From assembly GCA_039820085.1 (NCBI GenBank), contig JBCBQS010000001.1, positions 1 through 38,783 of the forward strand: a stretch of DNA of 38,783 nucleotides. The letters run 5' to 3'. Below are positions 27,269 to 36,473 of this stretch, piece after piece. The notes below the pieces were generated by a model, which saw only the letters and a list, made by a program, of their open reading frames with translations, made no database searches and was not told the DNA's origin. Position 1 is the first letter of the stretch, and each line of letters begins with the position of its first letter. The stretch is from Pseudomonadota bacterium (lineage in GTDB: Bacteria > Pseudomonadota > Alphaproteobacteria > Caulobacterales > Hyphomonadaceae). The position numbers and the translations under genes are program-made.

Positions 27269-27688
27269 ATGGCCGGTCAAAGAGGGCGAGATTTACTCCT
27301 CAAAGTTTCAATTGGATCTGAACCAGAGGGATTCATCACGCTCGCGGGGATCCGCACCACCACGTTCGAGCTGAATGCTGAAAGTGTCGATGCGACGGCG
27401 GCAGATAGTCCCGAGGGATGGCGCGAGCTGATGTCGAATGCAGGCATTAAAACGGCGCGTGTTCGGGGCAATGGCGTGTTTAAAGACGCTGAAAGTGATC
27501 GACGCATGCGCGCGCTGTTTTTCGATGGGGCCTTGGTCATTTGGCAATTGGTCATTCCGGGTATGGGGACGCTGACCGGACCGCTGCACATCCGTTCGCT
27601 TCAATGGAGCGGGACGTATGATGCAGAGGCGAGCTTCGCGATCGATCTCGAAAGCGCGGGTGCGTTGGCATTTGCGGCGATCGCATGA
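27269..27688 (+). CDS. GTA tail tube protein, TP901-1 family (g9)
   Basis: MAGQRGRDLLLK, GWRELM, G.GVFKD and LESAGALAF. GAGGAG RBS supports ATG 27269. Confidence 0.94.
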   Translation: MAGQRGRDLLLKVSIGSEPEGFITLAGIRTTTFELNAESVDATAADSPEGWRELMSNAGIKTARVRGNGVFKDAESDRRMRALFFDGALVIWQLVIPGMGTLTGPLHIRSLQWSGTYDAEASFAIDLESAGALAFAAIA

Positions 27689-27960
27689 ACCAAGCGCGCG
27701 GCGAAATCGCGATCGAGATTGATGGATCTGATCACATCATGTGTTTGACGCTTGGCGCCCTTGCCGAGCTTGAAGCGCGGTTTGAGTGCCAATCGCTTAG
27801 AGATCTGCAAGCGCGGTTAAAGCGCCTGACGGCGAACGAGCTTCTCGATGTCTTAGCGATCTTGATGATTACCAAACCGGCCACGGACGCGCTCGCGCGC
27901 CTGGCTCCAGCCGTGGCGGCAAAAGCTGTTGCAGAGGCCTTCGATGCTGCCTTGGGCTGA
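27685..27960 (+). CDS. GTA tail assembly chaperone (g10)
   Basis: N.ARGE...IDG....CLTLGALAELE motif. Confidence 0.9.
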   Translation: MNQARGEIAIEIDGSDHIMCLTLGALAELEARFECQSLRDLQARLKRLTANELLDVLAILMITKPATDALARLAPAVAAKAVAEAFDAALG

Positions 27961-28114
27961 GATGATGCGCCAGGCCATGAGCCTAGGGATTTCGCCAAAA
28001 GCGTTCTGGCCCTTGTCCGTTCGAGAGTGGCTTTGGCTGACGCATACGTCTGCGTCGGCTGGGTTCTCCCGAGACACACTCAAAGCGTTAATAGAGGAGC
28101 ATCCGGATGGATGA
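27944..28114 (+). CDS. GTA tail assembly chaperone (g10.1-like)
   Basis: W..MM..A..LG..P..FW.LS..EW...L..L...HPD motif. GAGG before ATG 27944. Confidence 0.85.
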   Translation: MLPWAEMMRQAMSLGISPKAFWPLSVREWLWLTHTSASAGFSRDTLKALIEEHPDG

Positions 28115-28484
28115 GTTCGAAGATCACCTCGCTCGAGCTGGTGACAGCCTCTCGGCCTTGGTTGAAGGTCCAGGAGCGGCGGCGGCAAGTGCGCTAGAAA
28201 CAGCCTTCGGTGACGCAGGCGTAAGTATTGAGCGGGCGCTCTCGCAGGCAGCCCAATCGGGAGAGGTCAACTTTCGGCGTATGGCTGAGTCATTGATCGC
28301 TGACCTCGCCCGAATTGCGGCGGAGGCTGTGATCGCTCAAACGGGTCTTTCGCGGGTTGGCCAGACGGTGAACTTGAACATGTCGCTTGGGCAGGGCGCG
28401 GATGCGCAGTCAGTTATCGGAGCCACCGGCGTGATTGCCACCTCCATCGCGGCGGCGGCTGCCCGCGGAGGGCGCTACGCATGA
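28107..28484 (+). CDS. GTA tape measure protein (g11), short
   Basis: Ala-rich helical ORF between chaperones and distal tail. G...F..MA.S...DLA and AARG.R end. Confidence 0.8.
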   Translation: MDEFEDHLARAGDSLSALVEGPGAAAASALETAFGDAGVSIERALSQAAQSGEVNFRRMAESLIADLARIAAEAVIAQTGLSRVGQTVNLNMSLGQGADAQSVIGATGVIATSIAAAAARGGRYA

Positions 28485-29098
28485 TACAGGCCTTTCATGA
28501 TGTCCGATTTCCGATGCGCTTGTCGCTCGGCGCGATTGGAGGACCAGAGCGCGCGACCGAAATTCTAAGTTTGGCGAGTGGTCAGGAAATCAGAAACGCA
28601 AGATGGAGCCAGTCGCGGCGTCGGTGGGACGTTGGAGGTGCGGTGACGGACCTTTCCCACTTGCAGGAGATTATCTCTTTCTTCGAAGCCCGGATGGGGC
28701 GGTTGTTTGGGTTTCGGTTTCGCGACCCGCTTGATTTTTCAAGTGCCGAGTCTGGTGAGCCCGTGACCTTTGATGACCAACAGATCGGCGTCGGCGACGG
28801 CGCAACGACATCGTTTCAATTGGTGAAAACAACTGGGATGGCGGTTCGAACCATCACCAAGCCGGTTCCGGGCACGGTCACAGTTGGACTTGATGGTCAA
28901 CATATTGCCTCTGACTGGAGCGTCGATCATGTATCTGGGCGGGTTACGTTTGCCACACCGCCTGCGGATGGCGCGACAGTGACGGCAGGTTTTGAATTCG
29001 ACTGCGCTGCTCGCTTTGAATCTGACCAAATCCAAGCCGTGATTGAATCCTTTGGCGCCGGACGTGTCGTCAATCTCGGCATTGTCGAACTGCTCTGA
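28481..29098 (+). CDS. GTA distal tail protein, DUF2460 (g12)
   Basis: FHDVRFP, GGPER.T, FFEAR.G.L.GFRFRD..D and TAGFEFD...RF. Confidence 0.94.
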   Translation: MIQAFHDVRFPMRLSLGAIGGPERATEILSLASGQEIRNARWSQSRRRWDVGGAVTDLSHLQEIISFFEARMGRLFGFRFRDPLDFSSAESGEPVTFDDQQIGVGDGATTSFQLVKTTGMAVRTITKPVPGTVTVGLDGQHIASDWSVDHVSGRVTFATPPADGATVTAGFEFDCAARFESDQIQAVIESFGAGRVVNLGIVELL

Positions 29099-29110
29099 GG
29101 AGAGCCTCTG

Positions 29111-29755
29111 ATGAAACCCATTTCCGAAGCGCTGCTCGCTCGGCTCTCTAGTGAGGTGCTCACCCTAAGCTTGTGTTGGAAACTGGCCCGAACCGATGGG
29201 GTTTGCCTTGGTCTGACCGATCATGATCAACCCCTCACAGTCAGCGGTCAGACGTATCAACCAGGCGCTGCTCTCTCTGCCGGTCAATTTGTCCAAAGCC
29301 TGGACCTAAAGCCCGGCCGGGGCGCAGCGGCTGGAGCGTTGACGAATGACGCCATAGATGAGGCCGACTTAAAAGCCGGTCTTTGGAATGGCTGCGCGAT
29401 CACTGTTTATCATGTCGACTGGCAGCGACCGGACCTTGGCGGGATTTGGGTATGGTCAGGTTTCCTGAGCGAAGTCACACTCAGTCAAACAGGGCAATTC
29501 GAAGCTGAGCTGGTGTCACAAAAAGCCGAGCTTGAGCGTCCGATCGGGCGCCAGGTTCAGCGTCTCTGTGATGCGGTCTTGGGCGATCAACGCTGCGGCG
29601 CTGATCCAGCCGGGCGGAGCTGCGATCAACGATTTGAGACCTGCAAATCTGTTTTTTCGAACACCGAGAATTTTCGCGGGTTTCCACACTTACCCGGCAA
29701 TGACTTTGTGCTCTCTGGTCCGGCGGCCACACAAAACGATGGCGGCAAGCGATGA
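29111..29755 (+). CDS. GTA baseplate hub, DUF2163 (g13), short form
   Basis: CW.L.R.DG...G.TDHD, the Cys cluster CDAVLGDQRC..CDQRFETC, and NFRGFPHLPG. Confidence 0.92.
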   Translation: MKPISEALLARLSSEVLTLSLCWKLARTDGVCLGLTDHDQPLTVSGQTYQPGAALSAGQFVQSLDLKPGRGAAAGALTNDAIDEADLKAGLWNGCAITVYHVDWQRPDLGGIWVWSGFLSEVTLSQTGQFEAELVSQKAELERPIGRQVQRLCDAVLGDQRCGADPAGRSCDQRFETCKSVFSNTENFRGFPHLPGNDFVLSGPAATQNDGGKR

Positions 29756-30207
29756 CCCGCGAAGACATCGTTTCAGTGGCGCGGCGATGGTTGGACACGC
29801 CATATCGCCATCAAGCAAGCTGTCGCGGGGCCGGGGCGGATTGCCTTGGTCTCGTCCGCGGCGTGTGGCGGGATCTTCTCGGCGATGAGCCGGAACCGGT
29901 GCCCCCCTACACGCCGGATTGGGCCGAGGCGATGGCGCAAGAGACCTTGCTCACAGCAGCCCGGCGTCATTTGGTTGAGATCAGTATCGGCCAAGCCGAG
30001 TTGGGGGATGTGCTCTTGTTTAGAATGGGGCTTGGTCATCCAGTGAAACACTGCGCAATTTTGACCGGCGAGGATCGGATTATTCATGCCTATTGGGGGC
30101 GCGCAGTGTGTGAAACGAGATTGGTACCGTGGTGGCGTCGGCGGATCGCGGCGGCATTTCAGTTCCCAAACCTGGACCTCACAGATTGCGCACGCGAGCG
30201 TGATTGA
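29752..30207 (+). CDS. GTA NlpC/P60 cell-wall peptidase (g14)
   Basis: ARRWLDTPYRHQ, GADCLGLVRGVW, GDVLLFR, KH.AI and IHAY. Confidence 0.95.
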   Translation: MTREDIVSVARRWLDTPYRHQASCRGAGADCLGLVRGVWRDLLGDEPEPVPPYTPDWAEAMAQETLLTAARRHLVEISIGQAELGDVLLFRMGLGHPVKHCAILTGEDRIIHAYWGRAVCETRLVPWWRRRIAAAFQFPNLDLTDCARERD

Positions 30208-30294
30208 GGGTGATTGGCACTTGTTCGGAAGCACGCTTAGGTCGTGTTGCGTCCGGGTTGGACACCCAAATCTTATTTCTATCGGGAGACGAAC

Positions 30295-30741
30295 ATGACC
30301 TTTACAAAAACGATCTTAGCCGCCGCAATTATTGGCCTCTCTGGCATGGCAGCTTGCGCCCCAGCGCTTGCGGATGCGCAGGTCCAAGCGAGCATCACAC
30401 AAACCGTTGATTACGAGACTTCTGGCGACTTCATTCGCAAGTCCAAGCGGCTCAAGGGCTCTTGGTCTGTGGAGCAACGCGACGGTAAAACCTTCATCGT
30501 TTTCGCCGATGACTTTCGCGCCGCGAATGGACCAGACTTGAAAATCTTCCTGTCCCCAAAGGCAGTCTCTGATGCCACCGGCAAAAACGCTGTGGACGGG
30601 TCCATCAATATTGGTGAGCTGAAGAAAACCAAAGGCGTGCAGGAGTATGAAGTGCCGGCTGGGATCAATCTTAGCGATTATGGCAGCGTGCTTGTTCACT
30701 GCGAGGCATACTCAGTGCTTTGGGGCGGCGGAAATCTCTAA
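30295..30741 (+). CDS. Secreted/lipoprotein DM13-domain protein
   Basis: Signal peptide with possible lipobox MAAC. DM13 signature F...NGPDLKIFLS, G.LK...G.Q.Y..P...LSDY.SV...C..YSV.WG. GGGAG RBS before ATG 30295. Confidence 0.87.
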   Translation: MTFTKTILAAAIIGLSGMAACAPALADAQVQASITQTVDYETSGDFIRKSKRLKGSWSVEQRDGKTFIVFADDFRAANGPDLKIFLSPKAVSDATGKNAVDGSINIGELKKTKGVQEYEVPAGINLSDYGSVLVHCEAYSVLWGGGNL

Positions 30742-30809
30742 GTTTCACACGCAACTCATATCGAAGACCGGTCAGTTCGCTGATCGTTCTTTTTTGTTTG
30801 GAGGTTTCA

Positions 30810-33800
30810 TTGGGTGAGATTGTACTCTCGCAAGTCGGCAGCGTGGTTGGCGCGCAGCTTTTGCCAAATGGTCTATCCGTGTTGGGTCAAACCGTTTCGG
30901 GTGCCGCGATCGGACAATCGCTCGGCACGCTGGCCGGGCGCGCGCTCGACGCATCTATGCTTGCCCCTGTGGCGGGGCCTCGAGTTAAGTCACTGCAAGT
31001 CATGGAAAGCCGGGAAGGGGCGGGCTTACCGTTGGTCTACGGCCGTATGCGTGTTGGCGGGCAAGTGATTTGGGCATCGCGCTTCAAGGAACGTCGTCGC
31101 GAGCAAAGGTCAGGCAAGGGCGGTCCAAAATATGTCGACTTTACGTATTCGGTCAGCGTCGCGATCGCGTTGTGTCAGGGCCCCATCACGCGGATCGACC
31201 GAGTATGGGCGAATGCAGAACAAGTCTCACTCGCGGACTATACATGGCGGCTCTATACCGGCGACGAAACTCAGCTGCCAGACCCATTGATTGAGGCGAT
31301 TGAAGGGACCGAAGCGGCGCCGGCATATCGCGGGACAGCCTACATCGTCTTTGAAGATCTGCCGCTCGACGCGTTCGGCAATCGATTACCGCAGTTCTCC
31401 TTTGAAGTGGTGCGCTCCGGCGCATCGCGTGAGACCAGTCTTGCGAGCACGGTCGAAGGCGTCAACATCATCCCGGCCAGCGGTGAATTTGTCTATGCAA
31501 CGTCGATCGTTCGCGAGCGGCGCTTTCCGAGGATTGAGCGCCCGCTAAATATGAACAATTCTCATGGCGACGCAGATTTCATTGTGTCGCTTCGCCAACT
31601 TCAATCTGATCTTCCGCGCGTCAATCATGCTGCACTCACCGTCGGCTGGTTCGGCGATGATCTGAGGGCTGGGACATGCAAAATCCGTCCGGGTGTCGAG
31701 CGCAGAGATCGCGCTTGCGTGCCGTATGAGTGGCAAGTCGATCAAACGCGTCGTGACAGTGCGCATCTGATTTCGCAAACCAATGACAGTCCTAATTTTG
31801 GCGGGACGCCAGCGGACGAGGCAGTCATCGAAGGCATTCGTGCGTTGAAAGGGGCGGGCATCGATGTGACGCTGTCCCCGTTCTTGCTGATGGACGTGCC
31901 GCCCGGAAACGGTTTGCCAGACCCCGATGGGAGGCAAGAGCAACCGGCTTTTCCCTGGCGGGGCAGGATCACGGTCACCCGGGATAAAAGCCAAGACGCC
32001 CGCCGCGAAATTGAGGCCTTTATTGGTGAAGATGGCGCCTTCGGATTTCGACACTTCATCTTGCACCATGCACGGCTCGCGGTTCGCGCAGGCGGCGTTG
32101 ACGCCATCCTCATCGGGTCTGAGATGAAGACCCTGACAAAAGTAAGAGACGATCAAGGCCGGTTTCCGTTCGTCGAAGCTCTGGTTGCGATTGCCGAAGA
32201 TGTGCGCGCGATCGTTGGGGGTGTGACGAAGATTTCCTATGCTGCAGATTGGACCGAATATGGCGCGCACGCCCCCGGCGATGGGAGCGGTGATGTTGTC
32301 TTCCCGCTTGACGCATTATGGGCCTCTGACGCGATTGGTTTTATTGGCGTCGACTGGTATCCGCCCGCCAGCGATTGGCGAGATGACGACGCACATTTAG
32401 ATCTGATCGCCGGTGCCTCGGGTCTTGGGTCATCTGACTATCTCATTTCAAACCTTGCAGGCGGCGAAGCGTTTGATTGGTATTATGCGGGGCCGGCTGA
32501 ACGCGATGCGCAGATTCGGACCCCGATTATAGATGCCGCACATGGCGAGCATTGGCTGTTTCGCCAGAAGGACCTGTTGGGGTGGTGGCGCAATGCGCAT
32601 TTTCCAAGACCCGGTGGCCGGCGCGACACGACGCCAACACAATGGGTGCCTAAATCTAAACCGATCCGTTTCATTGAAATTGGCTTTCCTGCCGTCGACA
32701 AAGGGCCGAACCAGCCAAACGTATTCTATGATCCGAAAAGCAGCGAAAGTGCGCTTCCCGCCTATTCGAATGGGGCACGCGATGATGTTACCCAGCGCCA
32801 AGCGCTCTCGGTCGCTGTCCCGTATTGGGCAGATCAAGAGGGCGTGGAGCAGGTGCTCGTCTGGGCTTGGGACGGACGACCTTGGCCTGACTTTCCGGCC
32901 CGAAATACGGTCTGGAGCGATGGTCCGAACTGGCAATTTGGGCACTGGCTGAATGGACGATCGGGCTTGATCGAGATGTCCGACATCCTGGACGATATGA
33001 GCGTGCAATCTGACGTGCAGCTCGACGGGCAAGGCGCGAGCGGAGTTGTCGATGGCTTTATGATTGAGGACGTGACATCCCTCGCATCCGCGATCGCGCC
33101 GCTCAGCACAGCCTACGATTTTGCAATTCGGGAAAGCGAGCAGGCGCTGATCGCCGAGAGCGTTGAACGCGCGACGCAAGTTCAATTGGATTCAGCTCGC
33201 ATCCTAGATCCGGGCTATTCGCAGCCCATTCCCCTTTTGGATAAAACGCCGTCAAGTTTATCCTTGTCGTACATTTCTGGCGATTTTTCTTATCAGCCAG
33301 CAATTGCGATTGAACGCAATTCGGCTGCAGATCGTCCTTTTGCGATCCAAAGCACTGTGCCGCTCGTCCTCAACGAGGGCACAGCGCAAATGATTGCCCA
33401 AGATCAGCTGCGCGCTTTAACCGATCTCAATATGCTCACCGTTTCGTTTGGTCCGGGTGTCGCAACACGATTTGAGATTGGCGACCAAGTGAGGTTTGAG
33501 GGGCAAGATTGGCGCGTGGAGCGGCTCGAGCTGGAGGGGCTAACGGTTCGGACCCATCTTCGTGCATCTGTCCAGCGCGCAAAGTCCATTCGATCCTTGC
33601 AAATGCCGGATGCAGGCGATGTTGCAGCGTCGGTTTCAACCCCTGAATTTGTGATCATTGACGGCCCCATGCGATCGAGCGAAGCGCAGACAGGATTGGT
33701 GGTCGCGGTGGCAAGCGACCCTTGGCCTGGCGCTGTTGCGATTGATGTCGGTGCGACCCGCCAAACGCTCTCAGAACGCGCGCGCGCAATTTCACCGGCA

Positions 33801-34493
33801 ACACTTGGACGGTTAGAGACAGACCTGGGGTTCGGCCCGTTCGACGGCTGGGATGAAACCAATACGCCCGAAATCTATTTGCCCGGCAGTGGGCTAAGCT
33901 CAGCAGATGCAGACAGCGTTCGCGCGGGTCAAAATCGACTGCTAATCAGTGATGGGACGGCTTGGGAGCTGATCGGTTGGCAACAAGCTGAACTCGTCGG
34001 CGAGGATCAATGGCGCCTATCCAAGCTGCTGCGCGGTTTAAACGGATCGCCCATCTTGTCGGTGGTGGCTGGTGGCCAAATCATTCTCTCGGATGAGGCA
34101 TTGGTAGAGGTGACGCTGCCAAATGAGGCATTTGGTCAGGCATTGCTCTGGCGAGCAGGCGATACTGAGCCGCAATTATTTGTGTTCGAGGATCGCGGCG
34201 GGGTGCCGTGGCGTGTGGCTAATCTCGCAGCTGAGCGTCAAGGTGGTCAGATCCGCGTCAGCTGGCAGCCGCGAGGCCCGGGCTATTCGGCGCAAGGCGT
34301 GCTGATTGATCCTGCGCAGCAGGTCCGGTTCTTTGTCAAGACGGACGTCCTCGGTGTCGAAACTGTGCATGCAGATCAGGTTGAAGCGGTTTTCGCCTTT
34401 GAAAATACGACCGCAGTTCAGATTAGCGTCGCGCAAATTGGCACTGATGGTCGGCGCGGTGAATGGGTTTCAATTGTGCTTCCTTCACCCTAA
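30810..34493 (+). CDS. GTA megatron/baseplate multidomain protein with GTA TIM-barrel domain (g15)
   Basis: GRMRVGGQVIWA, PAYRGTAYIVFEDLPL..FGNRLPQFSFEV, IGSEM, SYAADWTEY, WAWD.RP.P.FP and GHWLNGR. GGAGG at 30800-04 supports TTG start at 30810 (track start 30720). Confidence 0.95.
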   Translation: MGEIVLSQVGSVVGAQLLPNGLSVLGQTVSGAAIGQSLGTLAGRALDASMLAPVAGPRVKSLQVMESREGAGLPLVYGRMRVGGQVIWASRFKERRREQRSGKGGPKYVDFTYSVSVAIALCQGPITRIDRVWANAEQVSLADYTWRLYTGDETQLPDPLIEAIEGTEAAPAYRGTAYIVFEDLPLDAFGNRLPQFSFEVVRSGASRETSLASTVEGVNIIPASGEFVYATSIVRERRFPRIERPLNMNNSHGDADFIVSLRQLQSDLPRVNHAALTVGWFGDDLRAGTCKIRPGVERRDRACVPYEWQVDQTRRDSAHLISQTNDSPNFGGTPADEAVIEGIRALKGAGIDVTLSPFLLMDVPPGNGLPDPDGRQEQPAFPWRGRITVTRDKSQDARREIEAFIGEDGAFGFRHFILHHARLAVRAGGVDAILIGSEMKTLTKVRDDQGRFPFVEALVAIAEDVRAIVGGVTKISYAADWTEYGAHAPGDGSGDVVFPLDALWASDAIGFIGVDWYPPASDWRDDDAHLDLIAGASGLGSSDYLISNLAGGEAFDWYYAGPAERDAQIRTPIIDAAHGEHWLFRQKDLLGWWRNAHFPRPGGRRDTTPTQWVPKSKPIRFIEIGFPAVDKGPNQPNVFYDPKSSESALPAYSNGARDDVTQRQALSVAVPYWADQEGVEQVLVWAWDGRPWPDFPARNTVWSDGPNWQFGHWLNGRSGLIEMSDILDDMSVQSDVQLDGQGASGVVDGFMIEDVTSLASAIAPLSTAYDFAIRESEQALIAESVERATQVQLDSARILDPGYSQPIPLLDKTPSSLSLSYISGDFSYQPAIAIERNSAADRPFAIQSTVPLVLNEGTAQMIAQDQLRALTDLNMLTVSFGPGVATRFEIGDQVRFEGQDWRVERLELEGLTVRTHLRASVQRAKSIRSLQMPDAGDVAASVSTPEFVIIDGPMRSSEAQTGLVVAVASDPWPGAVAIDVGATRQTLSERARAISPATLGRLETDLGFGPFDGWDETNTPEIYLPGSGLSSADADSVRAGQNRLLISDGTAWELIGWQQAELVGEDQWRLSKLLRGLNGSPILSVVAGGQIILSDEALVEVTLPNEAFGQALLWRAGDTEPQLFVFEDRGGVPWRVANLAAERQGGQIRVSWQPRGPGYSAQGVLIDPAQQVRFFVKTDVLGVETVHADQVEAVFAFENTTAVQISVAQIGTDGRRGEWVSIVLPSP

Positions 34494-34528
34494 ATGTGCT
34501 GCGAGTAGATTGAGATTTCCGCTGGCCG

Positions 34529-35377
34529 ATGAGCAATGAATTGTATCAAACCTTGGGTGTTGCCCGCACATCGAGTGCGGATGATATTCGTCGTGCATAC
34601 AAACGGATTGCCAAAGACTCTCATCCAGATCTTCACCCCGACGATACGGCCAAGGCCGAACGGTTTAAATCTGCCTCAGCGGCTTATGAAATTCTGAGCG
34701 ATGAAAAGAAGCGCGGTCAGTATGATCGTGGAGAGATCGATGCTCAGGGGCAACCTACGGGTTTTGGCGGTGGGCAAGGGTTTAACGGCTTTAGCCGCGG
34801 ACAAGGCGGATTCCAGGGCGATCCGTTCGAAGATATTCTCTCAGGCATGTTCGGCGCAGGTCGGCGACGGCCCGGTCCCCGCAAGGGTGCTGATATGCGA
34901 TATCGTGTCGAAATCTCATTTGAAGACGCCGTCCTTGGCGCGAAGCGCGAGATGACCATGGCGGATGGGCGTGTTTTGAACATCTCCATCCCGGCGGGTA
35001 TCGAAACCGGACAGTCTTTACGATTGAAGAGCCAAGGAAAGTCCTCCTCTTTTGGCGGCCCACCGGGCGATGCCATTTTGGAGATCATCGTCCGGACAAG
35101 CAAAACCTGGACGCGCGAAGGCCGCGATTTGCGGATGACCGTGCAGGTGCCGCTCAAAATCGCGATCTTGGGGGGGAGCCTCGACATCTCAACCCCGATG
35201 GGGCCGCTCTCGCTCAAAATCCCAGAAGGCAGCAACTCTGGGGCTGTGCTGCGGTTGCGCAATAAGGGCGTCCAAACCCCAGGAAAAATCGGTCATTTGT
35301 ACGCCAAACTCGAGATCGCCATCGAAGATCCAAAGGATGCAGGATTAAAGTCCTGGGCGCGAGGGTTTGAGAGATGA
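34529..35377 (+). CDS. DnaJ-class co-chaperone without zinc finger (CbpA-like)
   Basis: J-domain with HPD, G/F-rich region and DnaJ_C domain. No CxxCxGxG repeats. Confidence 0.92.
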   Translation: MSNELYQTLGVARTSSADDIRRAYKRIAKDSHPDLHPDDTAKAERFKSASAAYEILSDEKKRGQYDRGEIDAQGQPTGFGGGQGFNGFSRGQGGFQGDPFEDILSGMFGAGRRRPGPRKGADMRYRVEISFEDAVLGAKREMTMADGRVLNISIPAGIETGQSLRLKSQGKSSSFGGPPGDAILEIIVRTSKTWTREGRDLRMTVQVPLKIAILGGSLDISTPMGPLSLKIPEGSNSGAVLRLRNKGVQTPGKIGHLYAKLEIAIEDPKDAGLKSWARGFER

Positions 35378-35395
35378 CTGATTTCCGTTCATCAT

Positions 35396-35411
35396 ATTCA
35401 CAAACCATTCA
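35396..35411 (+). promoter_or_regulatory. Tandem ATTCA-N6-ATTCA direct repeat, candidate OmpR-family regulator site
   Basis: 11-bp periodic repeat (35396 and 35407) upstream of the PepSY/two-component operon. Confidence 0.45.
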
Positions 35412-35438
35412 GAGGATGTGTCGCATATCCTTCTCACG

Positions 35439-35750
35439 ATGAAGACACTCGCGACCATTCTGCTATTCGCAGCAATTGCTGCAGTTGCCACCCCAGCGCA
35501 TGCGCAGGGCCAATGGGGCAATTCGTTTACAGCAGATGAGGCGCGAGATGCGCGCGACAAAGGTGATGTTGTTCCTCTGCGAACCATTTTTAATCAGCTT
35601 AAGAATCGGTATGGTGGCTATCAAATCGACGCCAATCTATTCAATCGCGAGCGTCGCCAAGTTTATGTCATCGACTGGATGACTGGAAAAGGCGAGCGGA
35701 TCCGAGTGACCGTCGACGCGAAAACTGGACGAACCCTGTCTACGGATTAA
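35439..35750 (+). CDS. Secreted PepSY-domain protein (probable two-component accessory)
   Basis: Signal peptide ending AHA. G.VVPL..I, VY.I and VDAKTG motifs. Precedes a response regulator/kinase pair. Confidence 0.82.
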   Translation: MKTLATILLFAAIAAVATPAHAQGQWGNSFTADEARDARDKGDVVPLRTIFNQLKNRYGGYQIDANLFNRERRQVYVIDWMTGKGERIRVTVDAKTGRTLSTD

Positions 35751-35760
35751 GGTAAAAGAT

Positions 35761-36447
35761 ATGAGAATTCTTGTTGTCGAAGATGAAGCAGATCTCCGCC
35801 GCCAACTCGCGGATGCGCTGACGCATGCCGGTTATGCCGTAGACCTCGCGGCGGACGGTGAAGACGGCCACTTTCTTGGGGATACCGAGCCTTATGATGC
35901 GGTCATACTGGATCTTGGGCTGCCGAAAATGGATGGCGTGACCATTCTCGAGCGATGGCGCGAAGATGGGAAGACCTTCCCGGTTATGATCTTAACCGCG
36001 CGAGACCGCTGGAGCGAGAAAGTCGCAGGCTTTGATGCGGGTGCCGACGATTACGTGACGAAGCCGTTCTACACAGAAGAAGTGCTCGCCCGGTTAAGAG
36101 CCCTGCTCAGACGGGCCTCTGGGCATGCGGTTGCAGCGATTGAAGCCGGCGCGCTGCGCCTAGATACCCGAGCGGCACGCGCCACCGTGGACGGCGAACC
36201 GATCAAGCTAACCGCACACGAATACAAGGTCTTGAGCTATCTCATTCATCATCAAGGCCGCGTGGTCCCGCGCACCGAACTGGTTGAACACATTTATGAC
36301 CAAGATTTTGATCGTGACTCCAACACGATAGAAGTGTTCATCGGGCGTCTCCGGAAGAAAATCGGCAATAGCCGTATTCAAACCGAACGAGGCCTTGGCT
36401 ACCGCTTGGTGGTTCCAGAAGATGAACGCTCCGGCGTTGTGACTTAG
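35761..36447 (+). CDS. OmpR/PhoP-family response regulator (FeuP-like)
   Basis: MRILVVED, LDLGLP, LTARD, GADDYVTKP, DSNTIEVFIGRLRKK and RGLGY. Confidence 0.96.
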   Translation: MRILVVEDEADLRRQLADALTHAGYAVDLAADGEDGHFLGDTEPYDAVILDLGLPKMDGVTILERWREDGKTFPVMILTARDRWSEKVAGFDAGADDYVTKPFYTEEVLARLRALLRRASGHAVAAIEAGALRLDTRAARATVDGEPIKLTAHEYKVLSYLIHHQGRVVPRTELVEHIYDQDFDRDSNTIEVFIGRLRKKIGNSRIQTERGLGYRLVVPEDERSGVVT

Positions 36448-36473
36448 ACCCGGTTCAGTCTAGGCAGGTTTGT

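Larger units (their letters stand above)
20426..34493 (+). mobile_element. RcGTA-like gene transfer agent head-tail cluster (domesticated phage structural genes)
   Basis: Gene order terminase-portal-g3.5-protease-capsid-adaptor-DUF3168-tail tube-chaperones-tape measure-DUF2460-DUF2163-NlpC/P60-megatron. No integrase, replication or lysis genes. Flanked by housekeeping genes. Confidence 0.93.

Noticed and set aside
27920-27960. Programmed -1 frameshift between the tail chaperones (lambda G/GT type)
   Set aside because: The second ORF is in the +1 frame, has its own GAGG and ATG, and no X XXY YYZ slippery heptamer is evident.
30214-30232. TGGCAC upstream of the DM13 gene as a sigma54 promoter
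   Set aside because: GG-N10 is followed by GA, not GC, so the -12 element is missing.
20426-34493. Prophage interpretation of the phage structural genes
   Set aside because: No integrase, repressor, replication or lysis genes and no att repeats. Gene order and the g12-g15 signature match an RcGTA-like cluster.
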